Shown here in pieces: positions 1 through 6,280 of a stretch of DNA of 6,280 nucleotides. Origin of the DNA: a virus (taxonomy: Duplodnaviria; Heunggongvirae; Uroviricota; Caudoviricetes); the IMG/VR virus record IMGVR_UViG_2671180435_000010. One strand, written 5' to 3'. How positions within the stretch are numbered: position 1 is the first letter of the stretch; the number at the start of each line of letters is the position of its first letter. The position numbers and the translations under genes are program-made. The notes beneath the pieces are model-generated. The model was not told the origin of the DNA, made no database searches, and saw only the letters and a list, made by a program, of their open reading frames with translations.

Positions 1-2
1 AA

Positions 3-170
3 ATTAAAGAAAGATTCAGAAATGCGAAGCTAAAGAACAAGGTTAGTGACCTCGATGACTTTGATGATAGTGACGATGATTTTACTTTTACACCAAAAAA
101 GAAAACTCACACCGAGCCAAAGAAAGAAAAAGTTAAAGTCAGACGTGTTTATGGTGGAGGAATGTTTTAA
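3..170 (+). CDS. 3' end of a gene that begins upstream of the window (5' truncated); acidic D-rich segment followed by a basic K-rich tail; function unknown
   Basis: Frame open from window start to TAA 168-170 (...DLDDFDDSDDDFTFTPKKKTHTEPKKEKVKVRRVYGGGMF*); stop overlaps the next ATG by 1 nt (TAATG), typical of a translationally coupled operon. Not in the ORF track because it is partial. Confidence 0.45.
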   Translation: MKERFRNAKLKNKVSDLDDFDDSDDDFTFTPKKKTHTEPKKEKVKVRRVYGGGMF

Positions 171-466
171 TGAAAACTTATAATGGCGAGAGAAAATACC
201 GTGACTATTTACTCAGACGTTACAGCATTTCTCGTGAAGGTTACTTGATGAAAGATACTCACGGGGAAGTTTACCGGATTCGACCGAAGAAAGAAGGGAG
301 GGATTATTATTTCGTCGATGATGTGACAGATTTAAAGATTGACGCTTTGAAGTTTGCGGTGCTGTATCATTACGATTTATGGGATTCAGTCCACCAGCTA
401 CGATTAAAAGACGGTGACCCCGGTAATCTGAGGGCCACCAATATTATCAAGGGAAAGTGCCGGTAA
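170..466 (+). CDS. hypothetical protein, 98 aa; weak resemblance to HNH_3-type endonuclease core (tentative)
   Basis: ATG 170 preceded by GGAGG (156-160, 9-nt spacer); 98-codon ORF. Segment VHQLRLKDGDPGNLRATN loosely recalls the His...DG...NLR core of phage HNH_3 endonucleases, but only one Cys is present and no zinc-finger pairs, so the family call is unverified. Confidence 0.6.
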   Translation: MKTYNGERKYRDYLLRRYSISREGYLMKDTHGEVYRIRPKKEGRDYYFVDDVTDLKIDALKFAVLYHYDLWDSVHQLRLKDGDPGNLRATNIIKGKCR

Positions 467-475
467 GGCCACCAG

Positions 476-652
476 CTATTTATTTACTGAAATCTCTATC
501 TCAACACGAAGAAGTTTAAGTCGAATTGTAAGCTTTGTCTTTTTTGTAATGACTCGATTCATAACGCAAAACACCAATAGCACAATAAATACCGCAAAGC
601 CCAACGAGCTAAAACGATGAGATTCAATAATTGCTGTGAAAAAATCATGCAT
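476..652 (-). CDS. possible small single-pass membrane protein (58 aa from ATG at 650-652; ORF track extends to GTG at 682)
   Basis: Minus-strand ORF in a ~290-bp gap between + strand genes; hydrophobic stretch LGFAVFIVLLVFCVM followed by a basic tail; AAGGA motif 7-8 nt upstream of the ATG at 652 on the minus strand; candidate promoter upstream on the minus strand (-35 TTGTCA, 17-nt spacer, -10 TACTAT). Could still be a chance ORF in AT-rich DNA. Confidence 0.25.
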   Translation of the reverse strand: MHDFFTAIIESHRFSSLGFAVFIVLLVFCVMNRVITKKTKLTIRLKLLRVEIEISVNK

Positions 653-701
653 TAATTTTCCTTTTGTGAAAGGAAACAGCACCTGTATCAGCCCCTACAA
701 C

Positions 702-753
702 CATAGTATCATGTAAATGAGGTACTGACAATATGTTAAATAGATGTTAAGAT
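702..753. promoter_or_regulatory. candidate back-to-back divergent sigma70-like promoters with overlapping -35 hexamers
   Basis: + strand: CTGACA 725-730, 17-nt spacer, TAAGAT 748-753, placing the start site near 760, upstream of RBS AAGGAG 774-779 and ATG 790. - strand: TTGTCA (complement of 726-731), 17-nt spacer, TACTAT (complement of ~703-708). Hexamers match consensus 4-5 of 6; prediction by eye only. Confidence 0.25.
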
Positions 754-789
754 TGTAGTATGAGTAAGAGATTTAAGGAGATTTTTACA

Positions 790-1080
790 ATGACTCACAC
801 AGTTACGCGCCTTTTGCCAGAGGCATTTGAACGACTGGCAGCAATCAAAGCCAAATATCCCGATATGAAGCACACAGCGCTTGTTGGGGAGATTTTAAAA
901 GAGTCGGTAAACCTTAGCCCTTTCGATAACGTTAAGGGCGTCGCAGAGGGTTCTAAGGCCATCAGAATCACAACGGGCCAACTGGAACTACTCAAAGCAC
1001 AGTCCGCAGTAGCAGGTTGCTCAATGATTCAGGTGTTAAGCGCTAAGGTCCATCAACTGGCGGATAGATTGGAGGTTTAA
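790..1080 (+). CDS. hypothetical protein, 96 aa (ORF track starts at ATG 760; ATG 790 preferred)
   Basis: AAGGAG at 774-779 sits 10 nt before ATG 790; the 760 ATG has no RBS and would lie at the predicted transcription start. Stop TAA 1078-1080 overlaps the next start. Confidence 0.65.
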   Translation: MTHTVTRLLPEAFERLAAIKAKYPDMKHTALVGEILKESVNLSPFDNVKGVAEGSKAIRITTGQLELLKAQSAVAGCSMIQVLSAKVHQLADRLEV

Positions 1081-1301
1081 TGTGTTATAGGTTCCAATAT
1101 TCCACACTTGGCCGCCACCTAATCAGACAGAATTTAGCAGATGCTGAATTTGAAGATGTGACCCTCAAAGCAAACAAACGATTAAAACCCTCTCAAATCC
1201 ACCAGCTTAAACACGAATTAAAGCCACTGGTAATACTCGACTATAACGACCCTGAACAGCTTGAGCAGGGAATTAAGCTTATTTCTGAATGGGGTGCTTG
1301 A
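1080..1301 (+). CDS. hypothetical protein, 73 aa
   Basis: ATG 1080 overlaps the upstream stop (TAATG); GGAGG at 1071-1075; ORF in track; no family recognised. Confidence 0.6.
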   Translation: MCYRFQYSTLGRHLIRQNLADAEFEDVTLKANKRLKPSQIHQLKHELKPLVILDYNDPEQLEQGIKLISEWGA

Positions 1302-1516
1302 TGAAAACTATCACAGTACAACTTCAGACTAATAAAGCATTTCGTTATTTTGAAAACTTGCTTGAGTTATACGAAGGATGGGGAAGTATCCACGGCAAAG
1401 ATGATATCTATCTTCACTTGTCAGCCCCTAACTATTCTCTGAAGACTCCGGTTAAGCAAAGCTGGTTAAAAGACTACGGTCACCAGATGGGGCTATTAGT
1501 CTCAGACTTGAGCTAA
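1301..1516 (+). CDS. hypothetical protein, 71 aa (in-frame alternative ATG at 1289)
   Basis: ATG 1301 overlaps the upstream TGA by 1 nt (TGATG), giving MKTITVQLQ...; the ORF-track start at 1289 would overlap the upstream gene by 13 nt and has no RBS. Confidence 0.6.
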   Translation: MKTITVQLQTNKAFRYFENLLELYEGWGSIHGKDDIYLHLSAPNYSLKTPVKQSWLKDYGHQMGLLVSDLS

Positions 1517-1662
1517 AAACAGCAAAACATATCTCTCAGGCTTTACCAGACGCACCAGAAACGTTTTTAAGCCCCTAATCAGGGTAACTTAGGGAATCGC
1601 CTTAAGTGGTCTAAAAAAGGGGTTAAAACGTCTTAGAATGCGATACAGGAAGGATTTTAAAA

Positions 1663-1968
1663 ATGAATTACCCAATGCAAATTATGGTTGACCAAGAAAC
1701 CATGAATTGGTTGATTGACCTGAACAGGTCGGGCTTTAATATCTATTTCATGCATTGTTTTGAAGCGTCAACGTATATTGACAAGCATATAATCAACGAA
1801 ATTAAACTTGGTGACTATGTTCACAAGCTGGAAGTAACAGACCCATACAATAAGCGCTTTATCATTGAAGAGTGCAATCGACTTGATTTAAGCCCTGAGC
1901 AATTATTGAAGCTGAATGTATTCTTGACCTATCAGAATGAATTAAACCCTTACAGCGAGGTGATGTAA
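1663..1968 (+). CDS. hypothetical protein, 101 aa
   Basis: AGGAAGG at 1647-1653, 9-nt spacer to ATG 1663; ORF in track; possible weak -10 TAGAAT at 1634-1639 upstream; no family recognised. Confidence 0.65.
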   Translation: MNYPMQIMVDQETMNWLIDLNRSGFNIYFMHCFEASTYIDKHIINEIKLGDYVHKLEVTDPYNKRFIIEECNRLDLSPEQLLKLNVFLTYQNELNPYSEVM

Positions 1969-2045
1969 TGACACTCGTTATTCTCTGGATGACTTTAGGG
2001 TTATTTGTTGGTTGCTGGGTAGGTAATACGGTAAATAAGAATTGA
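1968..2045 (+). CDS. possible micro-protein, 25 aa, single hydrophobic helix (MTLVILWMTLGLFVGCWVGNTVNKN)
   Basis: ATG 1968 overlaps the TAA of the upstream gene by 1 nt (TAATG), the same coupling seen at 170, 1080 and 1301; 18-residue hydrophobic core followed by a polar tail; below the ORF-track length cutoff. Very short, so it may be chance. Confidence 0.25.
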   Translation: MTLVILWMTLGLFVGCWVGNTVNKN

Positions 2046-2069
2046 TGTTACCAATCTGTTAAAAAGCTG

Positions 2070-2098
2070 TTGACAAATAACCTTAAGCATGAGATGAT
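2070..2098 (+). promoter_or_regulatory. candidate sigma70-type promoter
   Basis: Perfect -35 TTGACA at 2070-2075, 17-nt spacer, -10 GATGAT at 2093-2098 (invariant A2 and T6 present) preceded by an extended -10 TG at 2090-2091. Lies in the intergenic region after the 1663..2045 gene pair. Confidence 0.3.
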
Positions 2099-2190
2099 GG
2101 TAATAGGGAAGAGCAACTCTTCCTGAATTAAACTATTAATCATTCTACATCAATGATAGTTATTCTGAAAGGTGCAATGCTTTTCGCTAC

Positions 2191-2220
2191 ATGACCTTTC
2201 AGGTTAGTCTGAGAGGTCAT
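2191..2220 (+). other. strong RNA hairpin (12-bp stem, 6-nt loop) of unknown role
   Basis: 5'-ATGACCTTTCAG-3' (2191-2202) pairs with 5'-CTGAGAGGTCAT-3' (2209-2220): 11 Watson-Crick pairs plus one G-U, loop GTTAGT. No U-run follows, so it is not a canonical intrinsic terminator. It encloses the ATG at 2191 that the ORF track uses as a start. Confidence 0.35.
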
Positions 2221-2499
2221 CTCGAAAAGTACTCTTGTTCATTNNNNNNNNNNNNNNNNNNNNNNNNNNNNNNNNNNNNNNNNNNNNNNNNNNNNNNNNN
2301 NNNNNNNNNNNNNNNNNNNNNNNNNNNNNNNNNNNNNNNNNNNNNNNNNNNNNNNNNNNNNNNNNNNNNNNNNNNNNNNNNNNNNNNNNNNNNNNNNNNN
2401 NNNNNNNNNNNNNNNNNNNNNNNNNNNNNNNNNNNNNNNNNNNNNNNNNNNNNNNNNNNNNNNNNNNNNNNNNNNNNNNNNNNNNNNNNNNNNNNNNNN

Positions 2500-3174
2500 A
2501 CTGAACATCCAGCTATCACTATTCAGCGTAAAGAGCATGACAAGCGTATTGAGCTTGANNNNNNNNNNNNNNNNNNNNNNNNNNNNNNNNCGCTAAAGAT
2601 GTCACCAAAAACAACCATCTTTGTGTCTCCTGAGCCTCAAGAGATGCCTGATATTTGCAAGAGTGAAGCATTACTTGAGCTTGAAAAGAAATATTACCAA
2701 CTGCTGAAAGAACAGCGCCTTAGATTAGATGACGCTTACAGCAAAGTTACCTTGATGCAATCAGCTATTGAGCCGTCAGAATTTGAGATTCAGGATGAAT
2801 TGTCACAGAAACCATTTGTCTATTACCAATACGAAGATAATGATGGTTTTGGTACTTTTCAAGAAAACGTCGCAGCCGTGATTAGTAGTCTTCCTGCTGG
2901 ACATCGAATTGTGAAGATGGTTAAGGCATCAAGAGGTGCTGGTCAGTTTATTTACATGACTAATAAGAGCGATGAAGAACTCGCTGAAATTGCTAGACAG
3001 AACATCTTGGCATCACGTAACAAGCAACTTGATAATGTTAAGTTGTATCTCTCAAGAGAGCTTCAGGCTATGAAAGAGCTTGTGAAAGAATATGAAGATG
3101 CTAAGAAGATTGCTATGCAGGCTGATATTGAGCAGCTTACGAAGATTTCTAGCAAATATGCAAAGGCTATTTAA
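2500..3174 (+). CDS. hypothetical helical/coiled-coil protein; 5' end hidden in the masked N block (true start somewhere between 2191 and 2599)
   Basis: Frame open from the first unmasked base (2500) to TAA 3172-3174, and in the same frame on both sides of the 32-N block; heptad-like K/E/L-rich C-terminal half. The 2191 ATG has no RBS at proper spacing (AAAGGTG is 16 nt upstream) and sits inside a hairpin, so the 327-aa model in the ORF track is doubtful. No family recognised; it does not look like a beta-rich major tail protein. Confidence 0.65.
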   Translation, partial: TEHPAITIQRKEHDKRIELXXXXXXXXXXXXLKMSPKTTIFVSPEPQEMPDICKSEALLELEKKYYQLLKEQRLRLDDAYSKVTLMQSAIEPSEFEIQDELSQKPFVYYQYEDNDGFGTFQENVAAVISSLPAGHRIVKMVKASRGAGQFIYMTNKSDEELAEIARQNILASRNKQLDNVKLYLSRELQAMKELVKEYEDAKKIAMQADIEQLTKISSKYAKAI

Positions 3175-3198
3175 TTAATAATTAAAAGGTGGTGGTGA

Positions 3199-3405
3199 AT
3201 GATTGATTTAACAGAACGCTATGAGCTTATTAAAGCAATTAGTGAACGATTGAAAGAACAACCCAACAAACCAAAACGAATCAAATCATTCACCTCCTCT
3301 AAGCAAAAGAATAGAATCAGGAAAATAGCTAAGTGGTGTCTTGATAAATTACCAAGTGATTGTCAGATTGTTGGTGAAGATGGTAATTATTATCTGGTTA
3401 GGTAA
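3199..3405 (+). CDS. hypothetical small basic protein, 68 aa
   Basis: Strong RBS AAAGGTGGTGG at 3184-3194 before ATG 3199; ORF in track; K/R-rich; sits immediately upstream of the tape-measure-like gene. Confidence 0.55.
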   Translation: MIDLTERYELIKAISERLKEQPNKPKRIKSFTSSKQKNRIRKIAKWCLDKLPSDCQIVGEDGNYYLVR

Positions 3406-3503
3406 CAAGATTGGTTGGGTGAAAATCTACGGGAGAGATTATCGAGTGATATCGGTAGTCTTTCCCTTTTTCGTATATGAACACTTAAAGAGGTGAAACA
3501 TGA

Positions 3504-5684
3504 ATGAGCAAATTCACAGTTGATAGTTTTATCGTTGAACTTAGTTTCAGTGAAAACGTTATTAAGGGCTTGCAAAGAGTTGAAAAGGCAGCTTTGCAGT
3601 CAGCACAAAGAATTGAACGCAATTTGAATAGAGCGTTTAAGGTCGATACCAAGCAACTTGACAGCAATCTGACAAGTTCTTTAGGGCAGCTTGAAAGGAA
3701 GTTTAATAAGACCTTTGACAAGATTGAGCAGAGAGCAAGAAGCACAAAAGCATTTCAGTTTGCCACCAGATTTAATGACACTGTTAATCCTCCAAAACAA
3801 TCAAGGCAACCACGAATTAGCGGAAACAGAGCAATCACAGCAGCGCATAGCGTGAATATGTCTAAGCTTGGTGATATTAATCCGCTGATGGCTAAAATGT
3901 TTAAAGCACAGTATTACAGCTTAAGCGGTAAGGCTGGTAATATTGGAAGTGAAAAGTTTAACGCTGAACTTGCAAAATTAAATCAATCTCTTCGTGAAAC
4001 GTTGAATAAACTCAGGTCACAGACAAAGACCGCCAGCATTAACAATACAAGCGACGCATTTAATAATCTTGCAAGCAATGCGATTAAATTATCTGGTGCA
4101 TTTTACTCTGTGATGGGTGCTCTTAACGCTTACAAGGCCATTATGAATGCAGGTCTTAAACGAGATTCCGCACAGAGAGCCGCTAAGTTTGTACTTGGTG
4201 ATAAAGCATCTGAAGCTGAGGTATTTATTCGAAATTTAGCAGACAAGACAGGTCTTAATATCTCTGAAGGGCTATCAAGCTACGCTAAGTTTGCAGCAGG
4301 TGCTCAGGGTTCTATGTCACAGGAACAGACACAGGAGCTATTTGGTAATGCAACGGCTATGAGTCGCTTAATGGGGCTTTCTAACGATGAGCTAAACGGC
4401 ATTTTGAGAGCATTTGAGCAGATGGCGAGCAAGGGCAAGATTCAGGCTGAGGAATTACGTGGGCAGTTAGGTGACCGTATGGCTGGTGCATTTAAGCTAT
4501 TCGCTGAAGCATTGGGTATGACTGCTACAGAGCTTGATGCAGCCATGAAAAACGGGAAGGTACTTTCCGCTGATACTCTCCCTAAAGTCGCTAAACAGAT
4601 GGGCTTGATGATTGATAAAGCGGGTGGCTGGGCTGAAGTCACTAAGAGCACTCAGACAGCTTTAGGTAAGTTAGCAAACAATTGGGATGATACGATGGTG
4701 AAAATCTTCTCAGGTTCACAGGATGAGCTAAACGGCTTCTTATCCAGCCTGAGTAACCTGCTTAGTGAAATGGGGATGAGTTCTTCTATCGCTGGTGATG
4801 CTATCGGTGGACTTATCGACATGCTTAAAGCTGGTGTAGATGATATTCGCGTATTCAATAACACCATTGAAGGCTGGATTTTACAGACTAAGAAGTTCTA
4901 TTACAGCCTTGATGACACTAAACGAAAACTACTTGATGAAGTCGGTGATGGTTTTATCAACTTCGTCAAAGGTCTTGCTATAGCGTTATCTGCAAAGACG
5001 CTATTCAGTGCTACTACAGGGGTTATGAACCTGACAAGAGCAATCACAACGTTAGGTACAAGAGCTAATCAGGTGGCTGGTCAGGTAGCTACTGGTAAAG
5101 GTGGTGGAAAACTGAAAGGTGTAGCTGGTGGTGTAGGTAGTGCTCTTGCAATTGGTTATGCTGATGACGGTTATGAAACAGCGTTAGCATTAGCTTCAAT
5201 GATTCCACAAATCAGAGGCGTCACTCTTGGTTTATATGCATTGAAGAAAGCACTGGATTTTATGAATCAGGAAGTAGTCAAAAACGCTAATATGCATCCG
5301 TCTGGGGTAGGTGTGGGTAGTGACTTTAATCCCGTGTATTCTGGTGACCCTAATAAACCGAATATGATTAACGAAGGATGGAGTAGAATTTTTAGTTCAA
5401 TGGGTGAATTGTTTAACAATGCCACAATGAATATTGCAAGATTCAATCATCCAGAGTTAAACAACATTAAGCAAGATTCAGCATTAACGAGTGCAGATAT
5501 TCAGGGTCTGAGGGATGAAATTAGTGCTTTGAGTAAGCGTATTCAGGAGCCAGTGAAAGTTTCACTTGGTGGTCAAGTTGTCGTTCGACCAGATGAACCA
5601 TCTTTCTTTACTTTCAATCAATCAGCTAATGACCAGTTCACGCAGGATATGCTCTTAAGTTCAAGCTATCCAGAGGAAGAATGA
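3504..5684 (+). CDS. putative phage tail tape measure protein, 726 aa
   Basis: RBS AAAGAGGTG at 3488-3496, 7 nt before ATG 3504; by far the largest ORF. Predicted to be long and helical with A/K/L/N/S-rich composition, a central block (KASEAEVFIRNLADKTGL...ELRGQLGDRMAGAFKLFAEALGMTATELDAAMKNG) resembling the conserved tape-measure domain, and a Gly-rich segment (GKGGGKLKGVAGGVGSALAIGY). Family call is by recognition only, with no HMM search. Confidence 0.75.
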   Translation: MSKFTVDSFIVELSFSENVIKGLQRVEKAALQSAQRIERNLNRAFKVDTKQLDSNLTSSLGQLERKFNKTFDKIEQRARSTKAFQFATRFNDTVNPPKQSRQPRISGNRAITAAHSVNMSKLGDINPLMAKMFKAQYYSLSGKAGNIGSEKFNAELAKLNQSLRETLNKLRSQTKTASINNTSDAFNNLASNAIKLSGAFYSVMGALNAYKAIMNAGLKRDSAQRAAKFVLGDKASEAEVFIRNLADKTGLNISEGLSSYAKFAAGAQGSMSQEQTQELFGNATAMSRLMGLSNDELNGILRAFEQMASKGKIQAEELRGQLGDRMAGAFKLFAEALGMTATELDAAMKNGKVLSADTLPKVAKQMGLMIDKAGGWAEVTKSTQTALGKLANNWDDTMVKIFSGSQDELNGFLSSLSNLLSEMGMSSSIAGDAIGGLIDMLKAGVDDIRVFNNTIEGWILQTKKFYYSLDDTKRKLLDEVGDGFINFVKGLAIALSAKTLFSATTGVMNLTRAITTLGTRANQVAGQVATGKGGGKLKGVAGGVGSALAIGYADDGYETALALASMIPQIRGVTLGLYALKKALDFMNQEVVKNANMHPSGVGVGSDFNPVYSGDPNKPNMINEGWSRIFSSMGELFNNATMNIARFNHPELNNIKQDSALTSADIQGLRDEISALSKRIQEPVKVSLGGQVVVRPDEPSFFTFNQSANDQFTQDMLLSSSYPEEE

Positions 5685-5696
5685 TTTAACGGTGTT

Positions 5697-5749
5697 CTAC
5701 GTGAATAAAGCAAAGTTAATACCCACACCAAAAATTATTTTTCACGTAG
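5697..5749. repeat. 9-bp perfect inverted repeat CTACGTGAA / TTCACGTAG separated by 35 nt
   Basis: Arms at 5697-5705 and 5741-5749 read directly from the sequence; A-rich spacer. In the intergenic region after the tape-measure gene. Confidence 0.3.
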
Positions 5750-5779
5750 CTCACGCTTAACAGAGAAAATACATATATA

Positions 5780-6280
<501 letters not shown>

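Noticed and set aside
795-995. Minus-strand ORF of 66 aa inside the 790..1080 gene
   Set aside because: Fully antisense to a + strand ORF that has a good RBS and operon coupling; no independent support.
1517-1662. Intrinsic terminator after the 1301..1516 gene (CCCTAA...TTAGGG palindrome around 1574-1595)
   Set aside because: Short AT-rich stem with a 10-nt loop and no downstream U-run; not convincing as a terminator.
2191-2243. ATG 2191 as the start of a 327-aa protein
   Set aside because: No Shine-Dalgarno at workable spacing, the ATG is buried in the 5' arm of a 12-bp hairpin, and the reading frame continues only through masked bases; the true start is more likely inside the N block. The gene is kept with an uncertain 5' end.
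2217-2538. Three ORF-track entries (2217..2519 minus, 2235..2504 plus, 2239..2538 minus) consisting almost entirely of X residues
   Set aside because: They are artefacts of translating the N block; no real sequence supports them.
3199-3503. Canonical -1 frameshifted G/GT tail-chaperone pair upstream of the tape-measure gene
   Set aside because: The -1 frame relative to 3199..3405 is closed by stops at 3375-3377 and 3384-3386; only a +1 frame extension exists, reported separately as speculative.
3390-3745. Minus-strand ORFs 3390..3575 and 3485..3745
   Set aside because: They overlap the tape-measure start and its RBS on the opposite strand, have no RBS of their own, and have shadow-ORF composition.
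4442-4867. Two minus-strand ORFs (4442..4651, 4652..4867) inside the tape-measure gene
   Set aside because: Antisense shadow ORFs of the strongly supported 726-aa + strand gene; Leu/Ser/Pro-rich composition typical of the reverse complement of A/K/E-rich coding sequence.
5741-5760. tRNA-like D-arm motif TAGCTCA at 5747-5753
   Set aside because: No acceptor stem, anticodon arm or GTTC-type T-arm follows; the motif is part of the right arm of an inverted repeat instead.

Overview
Read by eye, with no searches run: this 6,280-bp window looks like part of a tailed-phage or prophage genome from an AT-rich host (roughly 40% GC, estimated by eye). Nearly all coding is on the + strand, tightly packed, with four 1-nt stop/start overlaps (TAATG/TGATG at 170, 1080, 1301, 1968). 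The one product I can reasonably name is the 726-aa ORF at 3504..5684, which has the composition and layout of a tail tape measure protein. The gene immediately downstream (5841..) changes reading frame after 50 codons, which is either a real indel or pseudogene, a sequencing error, or a recoding event. Upstream are small ORFs of unrecognised function, one gene whose 5' end lies in a masked block (N runs at 2244..2499 and 2559..2590, exactly 256 and 32 nt), a possible divergent promoter pair with a small minus-strand membrane ORF, and two regulatory-looking regions with inverted repeats (2046..2243 and 5685..5840). No rRNA, tRNA, CRISPR array or transposase/integrase was seen. I did not identify a specific novel system; the findings are the places most worth a second look.
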